A stretch of DNA of 64,000 bases from the human T2T-CHM13v2.0 reference genome, Homo sapiens. The position numbers and the translations under genes are program-made. The notes below the pieces were generated by a model that saw nothing but the letters and a program-made list of their open reading frames with translations, was not told the origin of the DNA and did no database searches. This document shows positions 1-17,931 of this stretch, in pieces. The stretch lies in NCBI RefSeq assembly GCF_009914755.1, contig NC_060947.1. The stretch is one strand, 5' to 3'. Within the stretch, counting starts at the first letter, position 1. Each line of letters starts with the position of its first letter.

Positions 1-222
1 TTACTGTAGTAACATTAATATAGTTGTTTATTTTTAAATAACTGAAAGAATATTAAATTGTTTGAAAGAAAATATAAATGCTTTAGATGATGAATGCCCT
101 ATTTACCCAGAGGTAATCATTACACATTGCATGCCTGTATCAAAATATTTCATGTAACCCATAAATATATAAACCTACTCTGTACTCACATAAAGTAAAA
201 ATAAAAAATAAATTAAAAAACA
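1..222 (+). mobile_element. LINE-1 (L1MA-like) 3' UTR end with A-rich tail, cut by window edge
   Basis: 'tacacattgcatgcctgtatcaaaatatttcatgtaacccataaatatata...' followed by an A-rich tail matches the L1MA 3' terminus. Confidence 0.8.
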
Positions 223-589
223 AACCTATTAAAGCACATTCTGGTAAAATTAGACATTTTTTAAATGAATAGACTCATAGAGGAAGACTTTTTCGTACTT
301 ACATTAAAAGTGAATAAGACCAAGGCAAAAGTTTGTGTTAGAGTAACAGATAAATAATATCAAAAATAAATTACAATGTTAAGAAATTGTGCTTAGGGAA
401 GAGGGAAAAAATGGATCAGAAAACACAAACGCCAAACTGATATGATGTCAGAGACTACCGTTTGTAACAGAAACAGAGAAGAAAGAAATACTTTTTAAAA
501 GTCAATATATTTCAGGTTTCAGAATAATTATGAAAATATTCTGCTTTTGAGTTATATAGTTCAGAAATTATAAAGCAAAAACCTTAAAA

Positions 590-5870
<5,281 letters not shown>

Positions 5871-7509
5871 ATATCCCAAACTTTGTTCTTAACTATAGAA
5901 AACATTTAGATTATGTCAAGTGGAAGCCAGCATGCTCTTGCACATTCTGCCTTTGTACATGTGATTTTACCCTTGGAAATGCCCTTTCTACTCATGCCAA
6001 TCCTATTATTAGAGCTGGCTAACTGCTTTTCAGCTTTGAAGTTTCAGTTCAAATTTCTTACTTTCTTCCCCTTTGTCTTCTTTTATCTCCTCCCTAGCAC
6101 TCTGTAGATATTTCTGCAAGCAATATGTCATTAACTTGTAAGTGACATATTTTTATGTCTGAATCCTTCACTAAACTATGAAACTGTGTAGAGCAGGAAG
6201 AATGTATAGTGATTTTACAGAGTCAACAACAAAGTTGCTCTTGGCTGGCACCTACCTTTATATAATTGTGTTGGATAACTTTTAAATTCTTTGGTACCTA
6301 ACTGTCTTTTGTGTGATTAAGATTTTGTTATAAAAATACGTGGTAAAGTAGTAATTATTATAAAATAATAAAGAGAATACTTGGACTAAGTTAGCAATTT
6401 ACTGAAATCTTGCTTGTACAACAAAACAACTCTGCTGGTGCATTTTTCCATAGAATAAGATACAATTAACTGCTAAAAATGCTGATTAAATAGAATCTTG
6501 GGGCAAGTACTCGATTGGAAATTATAAAGATAATCAGACCTATGCTAAGTTTCAAATATACCTGCACTTATTAATATAGTTGGTAAAATGTTTATTCATT
6601 CTTTTTGTTTGCAATGTTTATTCAACCCAGGGTATAGCCAAAAGATAATTTGATCAAGTTCTTCATACTCAAGGGCTGAAACTAGAAGCTTTATATTAAC
6701 ATATCAAAAAGAAAAGTCAAGCCTTTATTTGTATTTCTCTCACATGAGGAAATACAGTACCTAAAACCCAAAACATATATATATATATATACACCCCATT
6801 TTCGGGAAATATGAACTTCTGTCATCTTATAATCTGCCTTCAAGCCACCATTGACAGAAAACATCATTTTATATAGCAAAAGATAAAATATTAGAATCCT
6901 GAAACACTGTATCTCTTTTACAAATTAATAACCATGACAATATGTAGTCAAACCATGTATATAAACCAAAATAGTGCCTCTTTGTAAACTCTCTAGGGTA
7001 CTTTTACAAAATACTGCATAGGGATTGTGCTTCATGAAGCACATTAATATTAATATATGTCACATGGCTAAATCCCTGTGCACTGCTTTAAAAAGTACTT
7101 TGTTGCATGTAATTGGAAATGATTTTCTTTAAATCAGCTTCCTCCCTAGAAAGCTGCTGCTAGTGACAACACCACCCACTATTGCCAACACATTATCAAT
7201 GCTGTTTTGTAAACAGTAACAACTAGATAGGCAAGTATTTATTCCTTCGCTAAAATATTCTGGCTGCTCCCATCTCATCTGATCATTTTTTTTTATTTGG
7301 CATATAGGTAATAATACTGCATAATAAAGTTATCTTATTACCATTCATTCTAATGGAAGTTTATTAGAAAAACTGCATTGCTAAAAATTGTATTTTGCAT
7401 TCTGCCCTGACGAGTGATGGAAACAAAAGAAAATTGATACCTAGTCACTCCTCACTGATTAGCAAGAAGAAACGTGGCATTGAACCTGCCGGAGTAAGGA
7501 GTAATGTTT

Positions 7510-7639
7510 CATATATATATATACGTGTATATATATATATATATATATATACACGTATATATATATATATGTGTATATATATATGTGTGTGTGTGTGTAT
7601 ATATGTGTGTGTGTATATATATACGTATATATATGTATA

Positions 7640-7693
<54 letters not shown>
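7510..7693. repeat. Compound (TA)n/(TG)n microsatellite
   Basis: 184 bp of alternating purine/pyrimidine ending in 22 perfect TA units (7650-7693). Confidence 0.98.
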
Positions 7694-7698
<5 letters not shown>

Positions 7699-7926
7699 CC
7701 CATCTATTCTACTTACGCTGATTCTTTGACTATATTTTTTGGTTGAGAAACTTGGAAATTTAGATGAGTTTTGTTTTTAATCCAGGAGGTGTTGAAGTAG
7801 GAAGAAAGAGGAAAGCAATTGCTATTTGATGACCATAATGGTCTGAATGTTTGTATCCTTACAAAATTCATTTGTTGAAGCCTTATTGCTCTTTGTCATT
7901 GTATTTGAAAATAGTATCTATGAGGA

Positions 7927-10114
7927 TGATATGGTTTGGCTGTGTCCCCACTCAAATCTCATCTTGAATTGTAGTTCCCATAATTCCCACCTGTCATGGG
8001 AGGAACCCCGTGGGAGATATTTAAATCATGAAGGCAGTTTCCCCTATGGTGTTCTCATAGTGAGTGAGAACTCATGAGATTTAATGGTTTTATAAGGGGC
8101 TTTTCCCCTTCTGTTAGTACTCATTCCCTCTCCTGCCACCCTGTGAAGAGGTGCCTTCTCCCATGACTGTAAGTTTCTTGAGGCCTCCCCAGCTATGCTG
8201 AATGGAGAGTCAGTTAAACCTTATTTCCTTATAAATTACCCAGTCTTGAGTATTTTTTATAGCAGCGTGAGAACAGACTAATACAGTAAATTCGTACCAC
8301 AGAGAGTGGGATGCTACTTTAAAGATACCCAAAAATGTGGGAATGACTTTGAATCTTGGTATCAGGTAGAAGTTGGAATAGTTTGGAGGGCTCAGAAGAA
8401 GACAAGAAAATGTGGAAAAGTTTGGAACTTCCAAGAGAGTTAGAGGGCTCAGAAGACAGGAAAATGAGAAAAAGTTTGGAACTTCCTAGAGACTTGTTGA
8501 ATGGCTTTAACCAAAATGCTGACAGTGATATGGACAATGAAGTCCAGGCTGAGGTGGTCTCAGATGAAGATGAGGAACTTGTGGGGAAGGAGTAAAGGTT
8601 GCTCATGTCAGGCAAAGAGGCTGGTGGCATTTCGCCCCTGTCCTGGAGATCTGTGGAACTTTGAACTTGAGAGGGATTATTTAGGGTATCTGGCAGAAGA
8701 AATGTCTGAGCAGCAAAGCATTCAAGAGGAAGCAGAACATAAATGTTTGGAAAAATTGCAGTCTAATGATGTGATAAAGAAGAAGAAACAATTTTCTGAA
8801 GAGGAATTTAAGCCAGCTGCATAAATTTGCATAAGTAATGTTAATCTCCAAGAAATGGAGAAAATGTCTCCAGGGCATGTAAGAGGGCTTCATGTGAGAG
8901 GCCCATCACAGGCCTGGAGGCATAAAACAGAAAAAATGGTCTGTGGGAAGGGCCCAGGGCCCTCCCCCGACCCCCATACCCCTGCTCTGTGAAGCCTTTG
9001 GATATGGTGCCCTGTGTCCCAGCTGCTTCAGCTCCAGCCATGGCTAAAAGGGGCCAGGGTACATCTTAAGCCATTGCTTTAGAGGGTGCAAGTCCTAAGC
9101 CTTGGCATATTATATGTAGTGTTGGCCTGTGGGTGTGCAGAAGTCCAGAATTGAGGTTTGGGAACCTCCACCTACATTTCAGAGGATTTATAAAAATGTC
9201 TGTATATCCAGGCAGAAGTTTGCTGCAAGGGCAGAGCCCCCATGAAGAACTTCTGCTAGAACACTGTGGAAGGGAAATGTGAGGTTGGAGCCCCCACACA
9301 GAGTCCCCACTAGGGCGCTGCTTAGAGGAGCTGTGAGAAGAGGACAACCACCCTCCAGTCCTCACAATGGTAGATCCACTGACACCTTGCACCATGCACC
9401 TGCAAAAGTTACAGACACTCAACAACAGCCATGAAAGTAGCCAGGAGGAGGTTTAATGACTGCCCCATTGGATTTTGGACTTGCATGGGGCCTGTAACCC
9501 CTTTATTTTGGCCAATTTCTCCCATTTGGAATGGTATATTTACCCAATGCCTGTACCCCCATTTTATCTAGAATGTAACTAATTTTCTTTTGATTTTGCA
9601 GGCTTATAGGCAGAGGAACTTGCTTTTCCTCATGTGAATCTTTGGACTTGGACTCTTAATGTTGGAATGAGCTAAGACTTTGGAGGACTGTTGGAAAGAC
9701 ATGATTGTGTTTTGGAATGTGAGGACATTAACTTTGGGAGGGGCAGCTTGGTTGGAATGATATGGTTTGGTTCTGTCCCTACCCAAATCTCATATTTAAT
9801 TGTAGTTCTCATAATCCCATATGTCATGGAAGACTCCTGGTGGGAGGTAATTGAATCATGAGGGCAGTTTCCCCCATGTTGTTCTCATGATAGTGAGTTC
9901 TCATGAGATCTAACAGTTTTATAAGGGGCTTTCCCCTTTGCTCTGCAATCATTCTCTCTCCTGCTACCCTGTGAAGAGGTGCCTTCCACCATGACTGTAA
10001 GTTTCCTGAGGCCTCTCCAACCATGCAGAGCTGTGAGTCAATTAAACCTCTTTCCTTTATTCATTACCCAGTCTCAGGTATTACTTCTTAGCAGTGTGAG
10101 AGCAGACAAATACT
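7927..10114 (+). mobile_element. THE1 MaLR provirus (LTR 7927-8285, internal 8286-9757, LTR 9758-10114)
   Basis: Both LTRs start tgatatggtttgg; MaLR internal peptide 'SLEGSEED..MW.SLELPRDLLNGFNQNADSDMDNEVQAEVVSD'; TSD gagga/gagaa. Confidence 0.93.
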
Positions 10115-10286
10115 GAGAAGGCAATAAAGGTTAAGTGACGTCATAAGGATGGAGTCCTAATTTGATAGGGCTAGGGTCCTTTTAAGAAAAATAGACATCA
10201 AACCTTTCTCTCTGCCATGTGAGGACACAATGAGAAGGCAACAGTCTTCAATCCAGGGAAAGAAACCTCTCAAGGAACTGAATCAG

Positions 10287-10914
10287 TGATAAGAAATAAA
10301 AATAAAATTCTAAGCCCCTAGCTGACTGAACAAACACCCTATTGACCAAGAGGACCCCAGAGAAACCTTGATAGCTGAGTTTCTAGTCATAATACAATAG
10401 GAGGTGGGACACATTTTACTATACCTTCTCCCTTGCTTACTGTCATCAAGCTTTCTTCTCTAACGGATAAACAGGAAACAGCTTTTTCAAAAGACTTCAC
10501 ACTAAAATTTGACTGGCTTTAAATAAAAGACTCTATGCTAATAATATTGATTACTAGCTTATCTTCCTAGGCACAGAACAAAGAAAACATGAGATTAATC
10601 ATGCCTTTGCTTCTCCCTGAGACATCTTTTTCTTCTTTTCTCCTGTTCTTCAAACATTCGCCTTATGTAAAATGTAGATTTAATGGGCACTATCTAAAGT
10701 CTCACAGGTATGTAAACATTTGTCTCATCGCTGTCCCCTTTTTAAAGGAAAATGAATAAATACTAAACCTCCTGAGAATCTCTTTGAAAAAAGAAAAAAA
10801 CAGCCACAGATGCATTGGTGACTAGTGTTTCTTTCAGGTATGTCCTCAAACTGGCTCAACTAGCTTTTATGTATGTATTGGGTCACCTGACTTAGTCACC
10901 CAGTTTAGTTGCCA
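10287..10914 (+). mobile_element. ERV1 MER4-group solo LTR inserted in the MLT1 LTR
   Basis: Starts tg...'aaataaaattctaagcccc..ctgactgaa', a MER4-like 5' end; has aataaa at ~10755; MLT1 sequence resumes afterwards. Confidence 0.7.
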
Positions 10915-11362
10915 GCCAGTACCTTCATCTTGGACTTTGCAGCCTCCAGAAATGTGAAAACAAATATTTTTTGCTGTTTAAGCTACCATTCTATGGTATT
11001 TTGTTATTGGAAACTTCAGCAACGTATCATAGTGACACAAAAAGAATGTAAAAAGTCAGTTTGCTTGCTCTTTGTCTTCTGACTGAAAATGCAAAGAGCT
11101 AGTAAAGAAGTTATTCCATTATACAGTGTGCCTGTATAATTTGAATAGGTAATTCAAATACCTGGAGATGATCCAGAGAGATCACCTACTGTTTATAGTA
11201 AATAATTAATTGCAAAAGTTTTAAAAAATAACTGGTTTTCTGAGCCATTGCCTAGGTCATACAAATAGTGTTCCTAAATCTTTTGTATAGAATTAAAAGT
11301 ATTCATACATTTTTGTTATCCGAGTTATGTTTTATTTTTTCACTATACACTGCATTTACTCC

Positions 11363-11671
11363 TTTTTTTTTTTTTTTTTTTTTTTTTGAGATGGAGTCTT
11401 GCTCTGTTGCCCGGGCTGGAGGGCAGCGGTGCGATCTCCACTCACTGCAAGCTCTGCTGCCTCCCGGGTTCACGCGATTCTCCTGCCTCAGCCTCCTGAG
11501 TAGCTGTGACTACAGGCACCCGCCACCACGCCTGGCTAATTTTTTGTATTTTTAGTAGAGACGGGGTTTCACCATGTTAGCCAGGATGGTCTCGATCTCC
11601 TGACCTCGTGATCCACCTGCCTTGGCCTCCCAAAGTGCTGGGATTACAGGCGTGAGCCACCACGCCCAGAC
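11363..11671 (-). mobile_element. Alu (AluY/Sc-like)
   Basis: Poly-T tail then antisense Alu dimer; flanking repeat tactc(c/t)tttt. Confidence 0.95.
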
Positions 11672-12893
11672 TACTCTTTTTTTTTTTTGGAGAGAAAGGC
11701 TGTAAGCTTGCTCACTTATAAAGGCTCAGTGTTTTTAGCATTGTGTCCATTAACCACACAGAAATAGAAAAGAGATTTACTAGCATTTCTGTCCCCCCAA
11801 GTGCTTTAATAGAAAGAGGAAATGTATTATTACTACACAAATCTAATGTAAAAAATGTAAAGGGGTTAAATTTCTTTTAAGTGCACTCTTTTGTGAGATG
11901 CTTAGAGCCGATCCTATTCAGATATCTAGTACTTTCTAGAAAACCATCCTTACTTGTCAGAATCACCATGGTCTTTCCTAAATTTCTTACAGCAATCAAA
12001 ATTTGATATATTGTGTTACATTCCTTGGGAACATGGAAGGTGAATTAGCTTATTCAAATAAAAGGTTACTGGATACTGACATCTCAAAATATAATTTCAT
12101 TCCTAGTTAGCAGGTGGGCATTTCAACAAGGATATTTACAACATTAGCCTAAGAATTGATTTTTGTAAAAATGTTAAGTACTATTTCAGGACAATGAAAG
12201 AAATATTTGTAAATCTCTAAATTTTATTTCACTGGAAGTTATTGTTTATTTATTTTTCCTCATATTACTAAAAACATATATCATAAATATCCACTTTGCA
12301 TACTAAAAAAATAGGTAATTCAAATATGTTCAAAAGTTTAAATAATGTCCCAGCTTATTCTTGAGTAGATAATAAATACTGTGGGCCAACTTTTAGTTAC
12401 CCTACATTTATTTTGTGAAAGTAGTTACAGATAGTAAAAAAAAAAAAAGAAAAGAAAAAAAGTGCTACTATGATCTCCAACTCTTAAACCTCCCTATTTC
12501 CAACAAGGATATTACCAGAAAAAAAGATTTTCTTGTAATTAAAATTTAAATACATGTCTCCTGTGATTTTTCACCAAAAAGGGGAGCTACTTATCTGATA
12601 AAAAATACTAGAAATTATTTGGAACTTTTTTTTCCCGAAGATATGTTTTAGGTCAAGATACTAACCACAAACACATAGTCCAATTGTTATTGCTGGTATT
12701 TTTTAACGTTTTTCAGATGATGTAGTTTTATTTCTGGAAAACCTCAACAACACAGATAAGTAAAAGATAAATAAATAAACACTTCCATAAAAGCCTAACA
12801 GATTTTTTAGAAAAATTGCTTTATTTTTGTCTTAGGTTAAATACTACATGTTTCTTACTATATTTTAGAAAAAGTGTTAACTACTATGCCTGA

Positions 12894-13272
12894 TGTATTA
12901 GTTCATTCTCACATGGCCATAAAGAACTGCCAGAGACTGGGTAATTTATAAAGAAAAGAGGCTTCATAGGCTCATAGTTCCACAGGCTATACAGGAAGCA
13001 TGGCTGGGGAGGCCTCTGAAATCTTATAATCATGACAGAAAGCGAAGGGGAAGGAGGCACATCCTACATGTCTGAAGCAAGAGGAAGAGAACAAAGGCAG
13101 GGGTGCTACACACTATTAAACAACCAGATCTCGTGAGAACTCACTTGATACCATGAGAACAGCAAGGAAGAAATCTATTCCCATGATCCAATCACCTCTT
13201 GCGAGGCCCTTCTTTAACATTGGGGATTACCATAAAACATGAGATTTGGTCAGGGGCACATATTTGAACCAA
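12894..13272 (-). mobile_element. MST (MSTA-like) MaLR solo LTR
   Basis: 'tgtattagttcattctc...gagactgggtaatttataaagaaaagagg...'; perfect 5-bp TSD cctga at 12889-12893 and 13273-13277. Confidence 0.88.
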
Positions 13273-13499
13273 CCTGAGATAAAATAAATGTTTATATTTG
13301 TCTTAACAATTACAATATGATTTCCATAAAGATAGAAGTTGCCTGCATACCTTATCACCTCTGTACCCATATCTGGGGCCTTTTAAGACTACCATAGTGT
13401 TTTAAATGTAGAAGTCATTTATGAGTAGAATCCTGAGTAATTGAATGTCGTCAAAAACAGTTGAGTAGAAAAGAATACTACTTTACAGAAAATGAAATA

Positions 13500-14317
13500 A
13501 TATTTAAAATTATTGAGATTCTTAGTTTATTCATTTTTTCATTGCAAAAGCAGTACAGATTCATTATAACAAACCAAACAAAAAATAGATGCATAACATT
13601 AATAAGAAAATAACCTCTTTTTCTACATAATCTCACTCAGAATTTATTTTTCCACACATTGCCTGCATTAATAACATATAAGCATATATATTTACTTCTA
13701 TTTTGTATAAAATACTATATTATACCATTATTCTACTTTTGTAAATAAGAACTAAATCACAGATACCTTCTGTAAGCTAATGCATACAGACTTAATATAT
13801 AATTTCCATTAACTGCAAATTATGCCATTAAGTCTTCTATAATATTTTCTTTCTCTCTCTATATATATATATTTAGGTTATTTCCAATTTTTATATTTTC
13901 AAATAATTATATAAGGAAAAATACTGTATATTGATCCTTTGATTTTTACATATTTCATTCCTAAAACATAGAATTTCTTAGTCAAAAAGACTGTTATTCT
14001 AAATAGGTTCTTACTAATTACTTTTCAACAATATATAAGGCATTAGTAATTCACATGCCTAAATATAATGCATGAGTATCTGATTTCCAACAATTAGATC
14101 AATATCAGATGTTGTAAATATTTTAAATTTTTGGTAATATGAGAAACAAGAAATCATATCTCATTGTTTCGATTGGTATTTTATTGACTACAAAGTGAAA
14201 CTGATGATCTTTCTATGTATTTGTTGGGAGTTTAAATTTGCTGTTTTGTGAGTATTCTGCTCTTACATTTTATGAATTTTTCTACTGGCTGGCTGTTTCT
14301 TATCAATTATAAGACTT
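13500..14317 (-). mobile_element. Ancient L1M fragment(s)
   Basis: Degenerate antisense L1 3' motifs such as 'atatctcattgtttcgattggtatt' near 14150; boundaries uncertain. Confidence 0.45.
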
Positions 14318-15522
14318 TGTCCATGAAAAAAAAGCCAAACTTTGTAAGGTATTTGAAGAAATTTATTCTGAGCCAAATGTGAGTACCATGACTTGTGATC
14401 CAGTCTCAGAAGGTCCTTAGAAAATGTGCTTAAGATGGTTGAGTTACAGCTTGATTTTATACATTTTAGGGCGACATAAAACATCAATTAATACATGCAA
14501 GTTATACATTGGTTCAGTCTGGAATGGTGGCACAACTAAAAGCAAGGGAGCTTTCTGGTCATAGGTAGATTCAAAGGTTTTCTGATTGGTAATCAGTTGA
14601 AAGAGTTATCTAAAGACCTAGAATTGATAGAAAGGAGTGTCTTGGTTAAGATAAGGTGTTGTGAAGACCAAGGTTCTTATTTATTTATTTATTTATTTAT
14701 TTTTGAGACAGGGTTTCCTTCTGTCACACAGGCTGGAGTGCAGTGGTGTGACCACAGCTCACTGCAACCTCTGCCTTGCAGCCTCAAATAATCCTCTCAT
14801 CTCAACTTCCCAAGTACCTGGAACCACAGGTGTGTGCCACCACGCCTGGATAATTTTGTATATTTTCTATTTTTGGGAGAGATGGGGTTTTGCCATGTTT
14901 CTCAGGCTTGTCTACAACCGTTGGGCTCAAGCGATCTGCCCACCTCAGCCTCCCAAAGTGCTGAAATTACAGGTGTGAGCCACCATGCCTAGCCACCAAG
15001 GTTCTTATTATGTAGAGTCTCACAGGTGGCCACTCTGAGAGATAATAGACAGCAAATATTTGCTATTCGGGCCTTTAAAAGGTTCTAGATTCTCAGTTAA
15101 CATCTTCAAGATCAGAAAAAAACCCGAAAGTGGAATAAGCTTCTCTACGAAATGTACATTTTTCCCACAAGAAACAGCGATGCATGGCTGTTGGCAAGTA
15201 TGTGTCAAAAAATACATTTTGGGGTAAAATAATTTGATTTCTTTCTGGACATGATATCTTTTGTGTGGTGTTATACTACAGTTATGTTGAAATTTAATGT
15301 CTTACTACTAGAAAGAGTCTGTTTTGTCAGTCTTAAGATCTCTTTCTAAATGTGAATGCTGGTCAGTTATGTTTGAACTTTAAAGGGAGGAGAGTATAAT
15401 GAGGCGCCATTGAACATTCCCTTTCCATCATGGCCTGAGCTAGTTTTTCAGGTTTCTTTGGAATCCCCTTGGCCAAGAGGAGACTCCATTCAGTAGGTTG
15501 GGGGAATTAGAATTTTATTTTT
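14318..15522 (-). mobile_element. MER4-family ERV1 solo LTR; last bases displaced to 22008-22015 by an L1 insertion
   Basis: MER4 motifs 'atttattctgagccaaat', 'ttttatacattttaggg' and 'ttagaattttattttt'; 4-bp TSD actt at 14314-14317 and 22016-22019. Confidence 0.85.
14682..14994 (-). mobile_element. AluJ-like element with (TTTA)n tail inside the MER4 LTR
   Basis: Diverged antisense Alu ('gggctcaagcgatc'); 15-bp TSD accaaggttcttatt at 14667-14681 and 14995-15009. Confidence 0.93.
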
Positions 15523-16850
15523 GGGGGCTGGAGCCAAGATGGCTAGCTAGAAGGAGTGGCGATCAGAGGCTCCCACTGAAAAGAACCATAATAGCGTGTG
15601 AATCCTGCACCGGCAAATGAGGTATCCAAGTTCTCTCATCAGAACTGACTAAATAGCTGGTGTGACCCTCAGAGAGGAAGGAAGAGCAGTGTGATGTGGC
15701 AGCCCACCTGAGAGCCACATGGGGCAGGGGAGCCCCCACCTCCCAGCCAAGGGAGGCGGTGAGCGTGCTAAACAGCTGGAGAAACCGCGCTTTTTCCACG
15801 GAACTGTGCAACCCACGGATCAGAAGATCTCACTTATGAACCCATGCCACCGGTGCCTAGGGTCCCAACCCAAGAACCTCACAGATTCTCAACAACTTCT
15901 CAGATAGAATTTGCTTAAGCCTGCCTCATTCCCATGGGAAGGCACAACCAGCACTTTAACTGTGGCTGCCTGCTATCTAAGCCATTTAAGCTGCTTTGGA
16001 GAGAGGCAGCAGCCAGCACTGGGACTGATAGCTGCCTAAGACGCTAAGCTCCCTGGGTGGGGGAAGGGCAGCAGACATCTTTATAGCTCCAAACAGTGCT
16101 TTTCCCCTGCTGGAGCCATGGAGGCTGGATGGCTTGGTCCCAAGAGGTGTCCCCTACATCTCAACACACTGGCTGTGGCAGACTGTGGCCACAGTGCCTC
16201 TTCAAGCCTGACCCTGACCCATCCGTCCTCACTGGGTAGAGCCTCCCTGCAGTAACTCCAACAACTCCAGCCAGGGTCTCAGGGACAGAACCCTGATCTC
16301 CCTGGGCCAGCACCCATAGGGGAAGGGGTGGCTGCAGTCGCTGCAGACCAGCAGACATAGCCTTCTCTCCTAGTATTTCTCAGGAATCCAGGCAGCCCAG
16401 ATGAGTGGGTTTCCCCCCAGCAAAGCACACCACCTCCACCAAAGGACAGTCAAAGTGCTTCATTAAATGGGTCTTGTTACCCATGCCACCCAACTGGGTG
16501 AGACCCTCCAGCAGGAGTTGTCAGACACACTATACAGGAGCAATCCTACTGAAATCAGGTTGGTGCTTCTCAAGGTCGGAGATCCCAGAAGAAGGAGCAG
16601 GCACCCATCTCTGCTGTTCTCCAGCCCCCTTGAGTAACATCTCCAGGTGCAGAGCAAACCAGATGAATAGGGCCTGAAGTGAACCCCCAGCAAACTACAA
16701 CAGCACTACAGAAAAGGGACCTGACCATTGAAAGAAAAACAAACTAACAGAAGACAACAACGACAGCATCATCAACAACAAAAAGTTCCCACAAAAACTC
16801 CATTCATAGGTCACTAGCCTCTAAGTTTGAAACTAGATACACTCACGAAG

Positions 16851-17871
16851 ATGAGAAAAAATCAATGAAAAAATGCTGAAAACCCAAAAGGCCAGAATGC
16901 CTCTTCCCCTCCAAATGATCACAACACCTCTCCAGCAAGGGTGCAGAACTGAACAGCAGATAAAATGGATTAATTGACAGAAGTATGGTTCAGAAGACGT
17001 GTAATTAAAAAACTTTGCTGAGCTAAAGTAGCATGTTCTAACCCAATGCAAAGAAGCTAAGAATCTTGATAAAAGGTTGGAGCTGCTAACTAGAATATCC
17101 GGTTTAGAGAGGAACATAAATGATCTGATGGAGCTGAAAAACACAGCACGGGAACTTTGTGAAGCATACATAATTATCAATAGCTGAATCAACCAAGTGG
17201 AAGAAAGGATATCAGAATTTGAAGACCACCTTGCTGAAATAAGGTAAGCAAACAAGACTAGAGAAAAAAGAACAAAAGGGAAAGAACAAAGCCTCTGAGA
17301 AATATGGGACTATATAAAAAGATCAAACGTACTATCTATTGGAATACCTGAAAGAGACGAGGATAATAGAAAAGCTGGAAAACACACTTCAGAGTATTAT
17401 CCAGGAGAACTTCTCCAACCTAGCAAGACAGACCAACATTCAAATTCAGGAAATACAGAGAAAACCACTAAGATACTCCAAGAGAAGATCAACCACAAGA
17501 CACATAATCATCAGATTCTCCAATGTCAAAATGAAGGAAAAAATGTTACGGGCTGCCAGAAAGAAAAGCCAGGTCACCTAGAAAGGGAAGCCCATAAGAT
17601 TAACAGCAGACCTTTCAGCAGAAACCCTACAAACCAAGAGAGATTGGGGGTCAGTATTCAACATTCTTAAAGAAAAACATTTGAACCCAGAATTTCATAT
17701 TCAGCCAAACTAAGCTTCATAAGTGAAGGAGAAATAAAAATCTTTCCAGACAAACAAATGCTGAGGTATTTTGCCACCACCAGGCCTGACTTGCAAGAGT
17801 TGTTGAAGGAAGCACTAAATATGGAAAGGAAACACCAGTACCAGCCACTGCAAAAACACACCAAAATATAA
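16851..17871 (+). pseudogene. L1 ORF1p remnant (stops and frameshifts)
   Basis: ATG at 16851 with a stop at codon 6 (MRKNQ*); fragment 'LENTLQSIIQENFSNLARQTNIQIQEIQR...RHIIIRFS' in ORF 17339..17581. Confidence 0.88.
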
Positions 17872-17931
17872 AGACCAATGACACTATGAAGAAACTGCAT
17901 CAACTAGTGCGCAAAATAACCAGCTAGCATC

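Larger units (their letters stand above)
7832..11040 (+). mobile_element. MLT1A-like MaLR solo LTR split into three pieces (~7832-7926, 10120-10286, ~10915-11040)
   Basis: Collinear MLT1 motifs: 'ggtctgaatgtttgtatcc...aaaattca', 'ctgccatgtgaggacaca', 'cttggactttgcagcctccagaa...ctatggtattttgtta'. Confidence 0.75.

Noticed and set aside
6691-6879. 62-aa minus-strand ORF in non-repeat DNA
   Set aside because: Non-ATG start, crosses a (TA)n run, no recognisable homology
7395-7746. ORFs rich in YI/CV repeats
   Set aside because: Translation of the (TA)n/(TG)n microsatellite, not a gene
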